A stretch of 63,833 nt of DNA, filler included, from Rhabdomonas costata (GCA_019059605.1; 34 parts of 34 records of this genome joined end to end with filler, not necessarily neighbours in it), one strand, 5' to 3'; counted from the first letter of the whole stretch, positions 35,412-49,137 are shown. Made by a program: numbers and translations. The notes: a model not told the origin generated them from the sequence alone.

Positions 35412-37955
35412 GTACCTCTGTTTCAAAGGAGGGGGGTGTCGCTGTGGTCGCCCTTTGGTGCGGTTCAATGGAAGTTGGAGAGGGGGGGAGTGGTAACAGT
35501 TACCAGTGGTAACAATTTCTACAATGGGAGCATATTCTTAAATATTGTTAAAGGGCCCCCAGGTCACGTCTCCGCCCCAGCCGCCCGTTCCGGCCGCTGC
35601 GCGGACTGGCCTTCGCTCCTAAAGTATTGCTTTCCAACACAACNNNNNNNNNNNNNNNNNNNNNNNNNNNNNNNNNNNNNNNNNNNNTTAATTAATTAAN
35701 NNNNNNNNNNNNNNNNNNNNNNNNNNNNNNNNNNNNNNNNNNNTTTGGTGTGTTTTTGATATAGGACGTTGCACCGTTTTCTCAGAACACATACTGAGAA
35801 CGTTTGAAAGATGTGATGTGCATGCGTGCCCGCCCAACGGCAATTTAAAGCGTTCCCAGGACAATTGGAAACTTGTAACGTACTTAATTCTGAGTTTCGG
35901 GATGTAACTTATGTTATTTTGTAACCTGATCTGTTGTGTGAATTGCTTCCCGCTGAATTCAGGAGTTGAGCCGTTTTGCTCATGTTTTGTGTTTGTCCAA
36001 ATTAACGTGTCCACGACAGGATTCGCCAATTCCCCGCCTTGAGGGTCTGCTTTGAAGTGTAGGCCTTCCGAAGCGTCGTGCCCGTGCTGTCGGACTCGAG
36101 CCTGGGCTTACTTATTTAATCAACTTTGGACCACCATCACCATCACCACCATCAGCGGCACCAATAGTTTTGTCCCTTGTTTGTGCAAAAATGGCACCGA
36201 AAAAATTGGTCCTTGTATTGACACACCCAAATGTGCGGTACTACTCGAGTCAAGAGAAGGCATGCATTGCCTCATGCCCCCAAAGTGCAGGAACCCAAAT
36301 ACGGAAACAGCCTGAGGCCACCACTTAACGAAGGCCGTGGAGCCATGCGCCGCGCCACACAAAGAGAGACCCCATTTTTAATGTTTGCTAATTTCCCCGT
36401 TTGCGGCACAAGAGAGGATTTGCGAGTCTGCCTTTCCAGCGTCTCAGGGCTGGGGTCTTTTAGAGCGGGCCCTCCGCCCGTCCGGTGCCATGCTGTGAAT
36501 GTGTGACTTTTGCAGTGGCGTCGTACCACTTGGCCGCGGGGGAGGAGGAGAAGACTGAGGTGTACATCACAGCCTGATTTGGCAACACCTGAAACCATGG
36601 TGCATATGATGTATATCATCGATTTTGAACGGAGGTGCTCAGGATCTTTTCATGAGGGGCAACTTTTTCGCTCTCTTCTCTTAGGATGCCAAGTTGTACC
36701 ACTTATTTGTTCAGCTGTGCTCGTTTTCGAAAGGGGCTCTCTTTACGGTTCTTTCACGGTGAAAAGATGCTGCTGAGACTTCTTTCCCTCTACTACCCAC
36801 CTACCCACACACCAGTTACTCCATTATGGGCGGGTCCTCATGTCTCTGTGCTTGGTTTACCTTACAGCGGAGTCTATCTGCCATTATTGGGCCAGTCACG
36901 AACCTGCGCGGCCGTCCCTTTAGGTGTGTGGGTGACGGGGACGATGCTTTGTGTTTGCTGCGGGTGTGGGATGCCACTGATAGTGCCGAGAGTTGGACTT
37001 CCTTTCCCAGCTGGGCGGGATGACTTGGAACTGGCTGAGATTTTCTTTCCTACGACGGGGTCGTGTCCCTCTGTTGATTTGTGCTTTTCTCCCGCATTTG
37101 TTATGCCCTTATGGTGTGCGAATGATGGGTGTGTTGTTGTTTTTTGCCACTCCGCTCTGCATGGGTTCTTGCGAGTTCATCCCTTTGAGCTCTTGTCACG
37201 CCCTCACCGCCACACAATCACCAAGAGCACCACCAGAAAGCTCAGGGGCTTGCTTACTCGTTGTTCTGCGTTAACCCACGAGTACAACTCTCTTACATGC
37301 GCCACCTGTCATCCCCCCCCCCCCGCTTCTTCCCGTTTTATGCAGGTCTAGTCTTGTTGACCTCATAGAACTGTGTGGTAACGTTGCCCGTGCGTGAGCT
37401 GCAGGCTTATGCACACTACCACCGCCCGCGTGGCACGTGCAGCGTCGGCGCCTGTAGCGCGTCTTCTTCGGCCTCCGTAGGATTGCTGGAAAGCAGGAAA
37501 GGAGAGCAGGTCACCCCCCCAACNNNNNNNNNNNNNNNNNNNNNNNNNNNNNNNNNNNNNNNNNNNNTTAATTAATTAANNNNNNNNNNNNNNNNNNNNN
37601 NNNNNNNNNNNNNNNNNNNNNNNGGGTTTCGGTTTGGTTGACCCAAGGGTGCGCGTTTGTGTTAATTTTGGAGTTTTTTGATTTGGGTGTCCCCCCCGCT
37701 CCGCATCTCACCCAATCTCCATTGCCCTGGTCTGCCGCTGTCACGAGATTTGTTTTGCTTGCCTGAAAACGAACGTGCACCCCCCCCCTCCGACCTTGAG
37801 AGCTTTTTTAAACTCCAGATCCGTGGTATGCATCAACAAAGGAGGATGTTATTTGGGGTTTTGCTTCGTTTCCGTTCGCGAGCATGTTTTTTCTGTTGAA
37901 AATGCGCGCTGGGCAGGGCTCCTCTTCCACCCTTCCGGCCTCTCGCCTCTCCCAG

Positions 37956-38903
37956 GGGACTCGTAGCCATCGGGGGGCTGACTTACATCCTGACCTCCAG
38001 CGGGTTTGCGGCATTCTCGGCGTCCTGGCTGCTGTGGATTGGGCTGTTTTCTATGCGGGCATACCTGGAGCTGCGCCAAGTCTACCCCCTGCTGTACATG
38101 GGCCCCTGGGTGTTGCCTGCCTTCCGCTATGACACCGAGACGGGCTGGTGTGCTGGAGATATTGTGTGTTACGGAATCAGAATACGTTGGATGGAATATG
38201 ATCATTAGTCGTCCTCCTTTGAGGAACTTGCTGCCAGGTGCTCGTGCGGTTGCGAGGGTCTAAAAATCTTTGATGGTGCATTTGCTCATGAAAAGCAGAG
38301 TGAGTTTTGGGTTCTTGCTGCCTGTTATTGTATGCCTGGGATTGCCTCGCTGCGAGCCTTTTGCGAGTCTCTTCAGTTCTTGGACAGGTAGTATAAACAA
38401 TAAAGGAGCAGTAAAAGGAGTCTGGCCTGGTGTCGCGTCTGTCGGGCAAGGTCTGCCACCATACCCCCTCCACATGCTGACCTGGTCTGGATATCCACCA
38501 ACACATACCGGTGCTCTGGAGACAGCCAGACTTACAAGCAGCAGGCCTCCCAAAGCGCCGGCAGCCCTTTGGAAGGCCTGCTGCATTTGGAGAAAAAAAT
38601 CTCAGGCATTGCTTTTCAGGGTTGTCGTGACTTACAGGAAAGAAATAGAGTTGTATGCGTTCCAGGCCCACATTGCGTGTGGGGCGCGGACATATGTGGC
38701 TAGGTTATTGCTGGCAACAGGTTGTATGCCGCCAACGGGATGGTGTGGTCGATGATGCGGCCGGTGTTGATGATGTTGCTTTGGGGCAAGTTGTGCGTTT
38801 TCTTCGTATACCCGCCGTACGTCGGGCTTGGGGTGTGCTGCGCGTCGTTGCTGGTCTTCCACCTGATCTATTGGGAGGCTTGCACCAAGAGCTGCGCTGA
38901 AAT
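37956..38903 (+). CDS. Exons of a hypothetical multi-pass membrane protein (about 37956-38109 and 38721-38903)
   Basis: GC3-rich hydrophobic segments after AG acceptors: GLVAIGGLTYILTSSGFAAFSASWLLWIGLFSMRAYLELRQVYPLLYMGPW and LYAANGMVWSMMRPVLMMLLWGKLCVFFVYPPYVGLGVCCASLLVFHLIYWEAC. The phases do not join directly, so an exon or boundary is unresolved. Confidence 0.5.
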
Positions 38904-41439
38904 GTATGGAGCCTTGCACCCCCACCCCGGTCTTCCTCCTCCGACTCATTCCTTTGTCCCCTTCTGGGTCATCAGTGGTTTATCGCTTTTTGTTTGGTTT
39001 ATGGATTCTACTTTGCATCTTTTCCCAAAGCAAAAATATGATTGTTATGTGCCCACTCCCTTCCTCCTTGTAAGCACTCTCGGAACGACAAAAAAGGTTC
39101 CTGGGGGTTGGCAACGAGCCTTCCTTTTTTTGGCACTTCTTGACAACGTTTAGATTACCAAGGGAAGGGAAAGCGCGGCATTAAAAATCTTGTGATTTGC
39201 AATAGTGGTAGTCGTTAGGGTGTTTCCCGGGATTGATTGTAGGTTTTTCATGGGTTTAGTGGGTGATAGACGTGTAGAATGATAGTTATAAGTTCTACTT
39301 ACTTCGGTGACAGTGAGTGGCACCGTGCTAGTAATGGTTCGCTCTGCTTAATATGATTACAACTCTTTTGCACCCCTTGGACTCAAGGGCTGACGCCGCG
39401 ATGGNNNNNNNNNNNNNNNNNNNNNNNNNNNNNNNNNNNNNNNNNNNNTTAATTAATTAANNNNNNNNNNNNNNNNNNNNNNNNNNNNNNNNNNNNNNNN
39501 NNNNGTGGGGTTGTTCTTTACGTGTGAGCAGCCAGGATAGTGAAAAAGGCGCTCTCAGAGTCTGCCTTGGATTTCCCCTTTCTGGTCACCTTTGCTCCTT
39601 TCCCATATATATAAGGTGTTGGCCTGGTGACCTGAGCTCATTCGCTCTTTGCTTGGCGTGGGGAAGATTTGGGGAGTCGGATTTGAGATTTGTTTGAACA
39701 ACCCAAACATTTGAACTTATTTGTTTGACCTCACTAACTCAGATTTGGGTTCCCTTATTCAGAGGCTTAGGCCTGAACTTTCGTCCTGTTTTTCGACACC
39801 CAGTTTCTTTTCATTGCTTCCATCTTGGGTATGCCTCACAACTCAAATGTTTAGAAAACCAGCTGAATAAGACTTGTGCGGTGGGTCACATTCCCAAACA
39901 AGGGGTTGAAAGAATGACACTGAGCTTAGCAACACAGAAGTAAAACACCCCACGTGTGCCGCACCCTGCGCCGTACATCTGCATGACAGTGCATCAAAGA
40001 GTTCCACCTGCTGCAGCAACTGCGTTGCTGCGACATTCGGATGCGCCGCCAAACGGCTTTGTCTTGCCACAGTTCGTTCCATGAAATTGCAACCTGCAGC
40101 GAAAAATATATAAACAGTTTCTCACCAACCAAGAGCAGGGTGAGGCGGCCGTTGCCGAATACAATTTGCACCGAGGAAAATCGTTCCAGGTTCACAACTG
40201 CAGAATTTAAGGGTTGCAACAACAGATAGGATGATGCGAAAAAGCAAGCTCCCCAATTGGAACCATATTCTCTGTAGGTATGATGAGGCTGCGGGCAGGA
40301 CAAAAAACCTCGAGGCGCGAAAAGACCCTATGCATCTCGGAGGGGGTGCAAAACGTGTGAAACATGTAAAAGATGCAAAACTGTTAGTTAGTCATACGCA
40401 GAAAAAATCAGTCACTCCACACATTAAAATCAATAAACGCAGAACACCCGACAGGTCATCATGAGCAAGACTATCTTCCCCGCAAGGAGGTTTGCCGTGC
40501 ACAACATCCATGAGGTCTGGCCTCCGTGATCTGAACCAAAGATCGGGTGTGAAGCACCTACACAGAAAAGAAAAATAGTTGCCCCGCCCTTCTAATGAGT
40601 CAAACCCAAAACCAGGAACCAGAACCGTCCAAAAACCTGTGCTCAGATACCAATTCGCAGGCGCGACACCTCATTGCCAGTGCCAGACGAGTCCATCCTT
40701 TAAATAAATAAATATCATATAGGAAATATGTTTTCCACCTTAGTCGCGCTTTTAATTAGTCTGTTTTTTATAAAAAAAAACTTTCATAAAACCAGGACGC
40801 TCGGAATGTGGAATGTGAGCCCACGCCTACCAGTCCGTCAGAGCATAATGCCAAGTGAGGAAAAACGGGAACAACAGCAAGAAAGCCTCGCCGCGTCGAA
40901 ATCTGAAATTTCAGGCCATCGTTCGACACCGCACGAGAAAATGAGCACAACTCGTCAAAACGAGTGACAAAGCGTGGTAGAATAGCGGTAAACGCACAAC
41001 AAACCGTCTTGTGCTTAATAATGAGGAGCGCATCCAGGGCACGTCAAATTGCCAACGGCATCCGGATAATAGGTGAGTTGCCGATGAGACCCGTCATTGA
41101 GCATCTCACGGCCAATGTCGACCCGAAAAAGGGTCTTGTTCAGGAGGCCTACAACCTCAGACGACAGCGCAGAACGGGACAATCTGTGCGCTACGTAACC
41201 GGGGTACGAGGCGGCAAACAAGATCTGGCCAGGCTTCCGCTGCCTTTTCCGAATAGCGTACAAATCTGAAAAGCTCCCGGACGTGNNNNNNNNNNNNNNN
41301 NNNNNNNNNNNNNNNNNNNNNNNNNNNNNTTAATTAATTAANNNNNNNNNNNNNNNNNNNNNNNNNNNNNNNNNNNNNNNNNNNNGTGTTGTGTGAAGTG
41401 TATCTCTGAAGGGTCTGCGGGACTACTTTTTGACCCGCT

Positions 41440-41810
41440 GCCCCCTGGAGATGGGACCCACAGACACCTCTTTGCGCCCGGTCTCCGATCCGGGCTCACC
41501 TCAGGGGACCGTCCCTCCATTGCCCTCAGACCCTTCAGAGATACACTTCACAGAACCCATCCCCGGTCTTACGGATGGCCTTGCTCCTCTGCCTGTGGAG
41601 GCCCTCACTTCACAGCTCACGGACTCTGCCGAGGTGGGGGCTTCTGCATTCCCGCAGCCCAGTGGGGAGGTAGCCGTCCAGGTGCAGGGCCTTAATGCCT
41701 TGCAGGATGTGTGGGAGCCCACCGTGGAGTTACCTAGCACCACAGAGGAGATCCCGGCCCCTGTACAGGAAGCAGGGGCGGTGGAAGCGCAAGCCCAGCA
41801 ACAAGCAAAG
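41440..41810 (+). CDS. Acidic/proline-rich low-complexity exon of an unknown protein
   Basis: Open frame PTDTSLRPVSDPGSPQ...EAQAQQQAK ending at AAG|gtcggt. Confidence 0.5.
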
Positions 41811-42627
41811 GTCGGTTCTGTGCCCCTCTTCCCAGCGCTTTTTCTTCCCCTTCCTTGCCCTGAGCAGGATTGTATGTGTGTGTGTGGCTGTACTGGAGCC
41901 AAAGTGAATCAGGGTGCGGAAATGTGGATGCGACCCGCTCTACCTGGTTGTAGGTTGTTGGTTCTAACTGAGCTGAGGGTTGGCGGGTATCGTATCACAA
42001 GGATAGGAGAGGGAGAGCTTGGGTGGAGGAAGATGAGAAAAAGCCTTTTCGATGAAGGTTTCTCCGCGAGGGGAGGTCGAGGAGTGAATGCCAGCAGAGC
42101 GGCGGACGACGAGCCACGACGGAGACATGACCTGGGGGCCTTTAACGACTTTTTTAAATGTGGCCCCATAGAAAAGATTCTTACGACTGGAAACCGTTAA
42201 CCTACTGCCCCCAACTTTCTTTGCACCCAATTTATCACTGTACCAAAGGTGGAAACAAAAAGTCCAACGCCACCACATACATCCCTCCTCGCAGGGAGGT
42301 AACAGTGAGTCAATGAGCCTTTTATTTACTGCAGTCGTTTTCTTTCCACACAGTGAAAATACAGCAGTGGGCCGGCATTGATGTTGCGCGCTTTGGAACC
42401 GCAATGAAAAAGAGCCGTCCCACCCTTCCCGGCCCATTGTTACCCGCCTCAAGGGGAACGGGGCGGGTTCACAGACAGAAAATATCAAAGCCGCACACGA
42501 AAAAAACAGCATTACCACAGATGCGTAAACGTCTTGGTGAGCTGCGTGAAAATCTTGGGCCACAGTACCCCTCCGGTACGTTTTTGTGGGACAGTTCTTT
42601 TCCAAATAATAAGAAATAAGAATAAGA

Positions 42628-42816
42628 CCTGAGAAATGGACTGCCAGGCGTAGTGCACGGCCAGTTCCAGCAGTTCCCGGCTGTGAGCCTCGTGGGTCTC
42701 CAGAAACCCCAGCAGATCCACCCCGGCGCAGGGGCCCTTTGGAGAAAGCTCCTGTAGCGCCCACGAATCATGCCCCATGTCTCCTTCCCTCACAACATCC
42801 TCTATAACCCAGCTGA
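42628..42816 (-). CDS. Exon of an unknown protein
   Basis: VSWVIEDVVREGDMGHDSWALQELSPKGPCAGVDLLGFLETHEAHSRELLELAVHYAWQSISQ ending at CAG|gtctta; GC3-rich. Confidence 0.45.
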
Positions 42817-43757
42817 CCCTTCGGAATGCCGCACCACCACCACCACCACCAACACAATGTGACGGGTCAAGGCGGTTCACTCAGCCGCAAGAGTGCTCAA
42901 GAGACTAGTCAAACGACACGACCAAAGAGACTGCAAAATCATCGGTCAGACCAAAAAACATAAACTCCTCAACAGGTCAACCGGAGGCCAACAATCCATT
43001 GCAGTACCGGTACACAATCCATGCAAGACACCCAGATCCATCAAATCTCAGCGGTGGCAGCACATGCTACGGCAGAATACTTGACATAATTGGGGAGGCA
43101 TACAGTACCAGTGAGGCGCTTAGCGCAAATCTCCGAGCAATACTGTGCCTGGGAGAACATGGAAGGNNNNNNNNNNNNNNNNNNNNNNNNNNNNNNNNNN
43201 NNNNNNNNNNTTAATTAATTAANNNNNNNNNNNNNNNNNNNNNNNNNNNNNNNNNNNNNNNNNNNNCAAATTGTAGATATCATCTCCTCACCAACAAGTA
43301 TTAACACATGTAATGTGAGCCTTCTAAGACATGAAAATCATGTGAGCAATTCTTAGCAGTTATCCGTATTCTCTTCGCTTTCGGTGTCCTTGTCCCCACG
43401 CCACTCACCCCTTCTCATTCATTTGTTTGTATATCTCATATCTCCCCTTTACATTATGGCAACTCTCTCCGGTGTGAAAACTGATTACTGCATCTTTTGT
43501 GATGATCACCCTTTCTTCTATTTTGCGTTTCTTCTTTGTCGCGATTCTGTGCCCTTTGGGCACAGTACACTATCACTGATCCCATGAAAAGGGTTTCCAG
43601 CCTAACCACACCGCAACTCAGTTCCCTCCACATGTTCTCCAACGTTATTACGGTTCTCGAAACTCAAAGTGAGCCTTCCCAAGAATGGGAATGGATGTTT
43701 TCTTGGATCATCGCACCTCGCCCTAAGGAGAGAGAGGAAAAGAGGAGAAGTCTGGCC

Positions 43758-44379
43758 TGCACAGGGTCCAGCGGAGCGCGCACAGCCCACTCAGGCACAC
43801 TCAAGGCATCAGGGAGGATCAGGATTTTGCCCAGAAGGTCCTTGAACCGCGAAGAGTGGGCCGTGGCAATGGTGCACACCTGCGAAGGCAACACCCAACC
43901 AACACCAAACCCTCAACACCACACGAGGAAGTGTCGTGGAAAAAAGACCTGAACCCACGCAATGATACAGCGACGACTCCTCTTGGGCAAAGACCGCGCA
44001 AGTTCCCTCCGACGCCAAACTTGAATCTTTATTGCTGTCACGCAACAACAACCGCACTGTCTGACAAATTGAAGGAAATTTGATGAGCATTTGCATCTCT
44101 CTTTCGGCATTGGGAGATGTGGGACGAGATCCAGACATTAGCACGGGGAAGCAGTGTGTGGTTTTCATGCCAATATTAGCAGTAGCAATGCTCCCACTCA
44201 GTTCCGTCGACTGCCTGTTCCAATAAAGCGCTTGGAAGACGATACCTTGTGCAAAATACAGTTCAGCAGGAAGTCAAACAGGTCACGGTGGAACTGCAGC
44301 CGGGTGTAGGTCAGGTAGAAGGCGTACTGTGAGAAGCTGCTGGAGCTGATCGGCTCATCTCGGTCCTCAACGGTATATC
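43758..44379 (-). CDS. Two exons of an unknown protein (about 44379-44246 and 43879-43758)
   Basis: YTVEDRDEPISSSSFSQYAFYLTYTRLQFHRDLFDFLLNCILHK|VCTIATAHSSRFKDLLGKILILPDAL, joined by a phase-0 GT-AG intron; GC3-rich codons. Confidence 0.55.
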
Positions 44380-45147
44380 CTGAAAAAAAATTATAAGAAA
44401 AAGCTCTCTGACCTTTTTGCCCCCATCCACTCTCGTTGCCACCCCGCCTCACTCCAGCTCCCAAATGACATTGTATTTTTAGTTAATTCGGTTTCTCGTT
44501 TGCCTGCACCTTAATGCCTCTCATCGCTGGCTTTTCTGCGCCGGGCCGTGAGTTACCCGCTCACTGCATACCCGAGCAGCAAACGCGTGCAACCATCGGC
44601 TCAACTCAAAAAAGTGTGGCACAAAAGAGAAAGGGAAATGAAAGTACCGGCGATGCACTGCTGTAGCTCCAGGAGATGCCTCTCACGAGACTCCACGCGG
44701 AGAATTTCGGGAAGCTTTTGCTTGAGCTGAAAGGAAAAGGACGAATTCACCCCTTCCGTGAAAACACAGTACCAGAGAGTGGGAAATGCGCACTATCTCC
44801 CTGCGTCGTCAAAGTTTCACAGCCACGGCTTCCACTGAGGCGGCCTGAAAGAAAGTACTGTGACCAGATTAACCAACTTCTGGCAAATCACTTGGTAGGC
44901 TACAATTCATTCAGCGATGGGGTGGGTTGATGCAGGAAGGGCATTCGTGGAGCTGCATCGCTGGCTCCAGGCCTGACACTCGCAACCAGGCTGTTCAGGC
45001 ATCACCTGAATGGCCAAAAAAGGCTCCTAGGAAAGAAACAACCCACNNNNNNNNNNNNNNNNNNNNNNNNNNNNNNNNNNNNNNNNNNNNTTAATTAATT
45101 AANNNNNNNNNNNNNNNNNNNNNNNNNNNNNNNNNNNNNNNNNNNNT

Positions 45148-46550
45148 GTGGTGGGGGAACATCTGCTGGGCTTCGTGGTGCTCAAGGACGAGGCAATGCG
45201 AGAGGTTCGGCTTCACTCCTCTCCCTTTTCTAAATACTCTCATGGTGTCCCTTTGGGTGGATCCGGATATGCGGAGTTGCTTGCTGTATTTGCTTGACGA
45301 TTTAGTCAACAGTTTTCGGTAGAGGGTGAAACTTATCCAGTGAGGTGGCACAGCAGAGCCGCGAAAAAGAGGGCAGTCATCATCTCAGGCCTCGCTAAAT
45401 TTTTAAGGGAAAGGAAAAGACGAAGAGAACGATAAAGCTTTGGAATTGGGCAGAGGAAAGGAGGCCTCCCTCCGTATTTATTGCAAACCTGTGAGGAATG
45501 TGTAAATGGGTGGCAGCGTCGGAAAGCCGACACGTGCAGTTGGCCTTCGAGTAGAGCCTGAAATTGGTCTCCAGATCTAACGTGTGAATGAGTGAAGTGA
45601 ATTGCGGTTGCACCGTTCGAAATCGTGCCCGTGCTGCAGCAGGGTGGAAACTCTAGACTGCTGCGGCGGAAGCCCCAATCCTACGAGCTCCAGTTGGTTG
45701 AACTTGGGCTGTTCTTTGAGGTTTTGCACTGCCTTCCACCACCACCAGTTGCGGTCATTGCTTTCGGTTGGGGGTCTGTGGGACGTCCAAAGTAGTGATG
45801 GAAAGTAGTGATGGAAATTGGTTCGGTGCCTCTTCTTTGTGTGCTCAGCTTCAGCTTGGGGTCCTTCCTGCCGTGCTGAGTGGGCCCTGCGCCATGGCTC
45901 TGGAGATGGTCTGCCGGCGGGCGCTGCCCCAGCACATGCTTCCGCAGATCTGGGTCGCTCTCGAGGTGTGTGTTGACCTGTGTTTAGTGTGGTGTTGGGT
46001 ATGCGTTTTGTTGACATGAATGGAAGGCTTCTCCCTGTGCCTTTCAGTTGAAGTGTGTGTGTGTGTGTGTGTGTGTGCCAACGTGCACGTTTCGTCAGAG
46101 TTGTTATTTAGCTGTTAGAGGCAGTGCTCTGCACCGAGAGCTGTAGATTTACAACTGTGTGAAATACACAGTTGCAGACTATTGCGTTCCACTATTCAAA
46201 ATAAAGAGTGTCATTCGTTGTTGCATCGCAGGTGTGTCCAAGGCTCCGGGGTTCGTTCTCCAGGATCCACAAGACTTGAATGGCATGACACCTGCTAATT
46301 TTTCTGAAGGCTACAGATTAGACCCTTGAAAAGAGTCACACGGCAGCTTCAGACCTGAGTTTCCTGAGATGTCGATTTGCGAACCACGGCGTCAGCAGGC
46401 CCGCTCACAAGCTGAAACGCTGAAACGGGCATATACTTTTTTGGTTTGGTTCAGCGGATGCCGCTCTCGGTGAACGGCAAGCTGGACCGCGGGGCTCTGC
46501 CCTCTGTTTCCACCGTTCAAGACCTCGCCGCGGCCGCGCGACTGGCGGAG
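45148..46550 (+). CDS. NRPS-type adenylation domain, C-terminal subdomain; exons 45148-45204, 45855-45965, 46455-46550
   Basis: Spliced: VVGEHLLGFVVLKDEAMRE|LGVLPAVLSGPCAMALEMVCRRALPQHMLPQIWVALE|RMPLSVNGKLDRGALP. The A9 (LPxYM[IV]P) and A10 (NGK[LV]DR) core motifs are present; phase-0 GT-AG introns. Confidence 0.85.
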
Positions 46551-47479
46551 GTCTGTACTCCCCCATCATTTCCTATGTGCACGCTCTCTCTTGGTAGCAG
46601 GTTTCTTGGTGGCGCGTATGCCCGTTCTCATCAGCCCGATTAACTGACATGGCGGTCTTCCTTTTGAATGTTTATTTCCTCTATCGTTTTTGGTGGCCAT
46701 GCAATTTGCTACTGCGCATTGTATTTTCTCATGTCTGCTACGCAGCTGACACCTAAGACCGACACCTCAACCGTTATCATTTTCTGCATCACCGGGTGAA
46801 AATTCAATAGTGGGGATGTATCTATGCATCTCACCTGCGCTACGGGTAATCGCCACTTGGGAGCATATCCAGTGGATTTTTAGTTGGATGTGCTGTGATA
46901 TTGTTTCCAATTTTTTCTCCCACAACAANNNNNNNNNNNNNNNNNNNNNNNNNNNNNNNNNNNNNNNNNNNNTTAATTAATTAANNNNNNNNNNNNNNNN
47001 NNNNNNNNNNNNNNNNNNNNNNNNNNNNGCCCTTGTAATGCCTCCTCTTACTGATCAACACATCCTGACACACACTGAACTTCTAATATGCCATCTTGCT
47101 ACTGGCATAGGCTGCGTACTTCTGCTTTTCTCTCTCATATGCTTCCTGCACCTTCTTCCAAATCGCCTTCATTCTCTTGACATGGTACCTTACTGGAGCT
47201 CTAGATACACCTGGACCTGGATCTGGGGTCTATAACATGAGAGGTGGATTGCAATTCCTGCACACCGTCCTCATGAATTTGCCTACTATACTGGAGTAAA
47301 CAAACTTCCAAAAACATCACGCAACAAAGGAAAAATATCCACCTTTGAATAACATTTTCCTTCACTCAAAACAAATCTTCAAAAATGTTGGAGAGCAAAC
47401 CTTTACAAAACTCACAGCTTTTTTGTTGAAATATTGGCTTCTGATGATGCTGAAACTTTGAAAACTAACAGCACGCAAT

Positions 47480-48300
47480 GCGTTAATTTTTATGCTGCTT
47501 TGACTCTCAATTTACCACAGCTATGCCAAAACCACCATCATTCAACACATCCTGCTCCACTGCCGTGCTGCTTTGTCCTCCGCAGATGTCCAGCTGCGCT
47601 GCATTGCGTCTGCCGCAAACATCTCGTTTTTTGGCATTGTCATTCTCCACGCGGTGGGTGTGTTTACCCTTGGTTTATCCAATTCGGATGCCAAACCGCA
47701 AAACATAAGCCACTTTAGTCCATATCTTACCCATAAATATGCCGCGCTTCGGCCCAATCACAGCGGCTTTAGTCGACTCTATTGCCCAAGGTCCCTGTAA
47801 CGACCTACCGTCTACGCAAACATGTCGAATGGGTGTATGCCGGACCATTTTGGGCAGGGTGTAACACTCCACCTATGCTGCGGTAACTCTTACGTGGCTC
47901 CTACCTCTTTGGGTGGTCGTGCCTCTGGATCCCAATCGAGATGGACTGTATCCCAATCTTGCTTGCACAAGGTGGGCGCTGCCTCGTCTTATCTAGGTGT
48001 CTTGGCACCTAGAACGTGGCGGAGGTCTCTTCCGTTCGTCTGGTGGTCGCTCTGGTGCTTTCTGCTGGCGTCGCCTTTCTGAAATTGTGGCGGGGGTAAA
48101 TCGGCGTAAATCTGGCGACCTCTGTGGGCACAACTCTGCAGATCAGGGGGGTCAGTTGTGGCTCGTAAAGGCTGCTTTAGGCACAGGAGGGGGTTCTCCT
48201 GGTCGGGCCTTGGTGCTCACACCTTATGGGCTGTGGAGGAGTTTCGCTGGGCGGGTCTCGCCGCTTATGCCTTTACTCAATCTCCCACCCAAAAAGGGCT
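47480..48300 (+). mobile_element. Decayed tyrosine recombinase of a DIRS/Ngaro-like retrotransposon
   Basis: Ordered remnants: LRCIASAANISFFG (aa..lafFGflR), MPDHFGQGVTLHLCCGNSYVAP (sKTD.f.qGv.i.l....lCPv), GLFRSSGG (pLF...G), CGH.../LQIRG (sGHSfRiGga), VLLVGPWCS (i..lGRW.S). Frameshifts and stops are present; no introns. Confidence 0.6.
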
Positions 48301-48906
48301 GTGGAAGTGGCACGCAACCGCACGCACACACACACACTGTCCTGTGTTCACCGCACTAACGCCACACCATTTTCCACCACTCTCCCTATGCTGGTGCCTC
48401 GTGTCTCCGCGGCTCTCGCATGCGGTTCCGCTGTGGTTCTGCTGCACTTCCTCTGTAAAAACACAATCAAAGGCGAAACACAACACAAATTCAAACAAAA
48501 AGCGACCTCTTAGGTTTAATTCAGCATTAAAGGACACACGCAATTTTTAAGAACCTAACCGAGGACCTCTCTCTGTAATTCCCGTAGTTCTTGGCGTTTA
48601 GCGGCGCCAGGGTAGTCAGGACGAATTCTTAAAATCTGCCTGACCTGTGAAAACTCGGAAGAAAGGTGAGAATGCAACTTTCTTCCTCAAGAACCCTGGA
48701 TTACACCAGTGGATTTCTAATGTTTTCTACATCCTTCCACGTGACTTCCCTCCCTTCCTCCCTTGGCCTGGATCTCTGCATCGCCCAGGACCCCCCACCN
48801 NNNNNNNNNNNNNNNNNNNNNNNNNNNNNNNNNNNNNNNNNNNTTAATTAATTAANNNNNNNNNNNNNNNNNNNNNNNNNNNNNNNNNNNNNNNNNNNNG
48901 TTGTGG

Positions 48907-49007
48907 TGGAACATTTCATAAAAGCCGTGCAAGCAAAGAGGTGTGTTCACAGCAAACCTTACCGTGAACACACCTCTTTGCTTGCACGGCTTTTATGAAA
49001 TGTTCCA
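48907..49007. repeat. Contig-terminal inverted repeat (44-nt arms 48907-48950 and 48964-49007)
   Basis: Exact reverse-complement arms directly after the G/T-only contig start. Confidence 0.95.
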
Positions 49008-49137
49008 TCACTGCCCAGTAACTTCGGAAGGGGACAGGGGAACAGGCAAGGTGAGGCACCATGATGTGACTTCACCAAGGGCAGATATCAAAAGTATTAG
49101 AAGGATTGCAGTTAACAGTGCTCGAATCGGGACTTCG

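Noticed and set aside
40007..40557. F-box protein on the minus strand (TCR|VAISWNELWQDKAVWRRI)
   Set aside because: Only the tail of the motif resembles an F-box and the LP.E...IF start is missing; too weak to call.
41964..42764. Long ORFs in the track such as 41964-42764, 36686-37351, 26559-27203 and 18951-19502
   Set aside because: No domain motifs or codon bias. They are antisense shadows of exons or chance open frames in intron or intergenic DNA.
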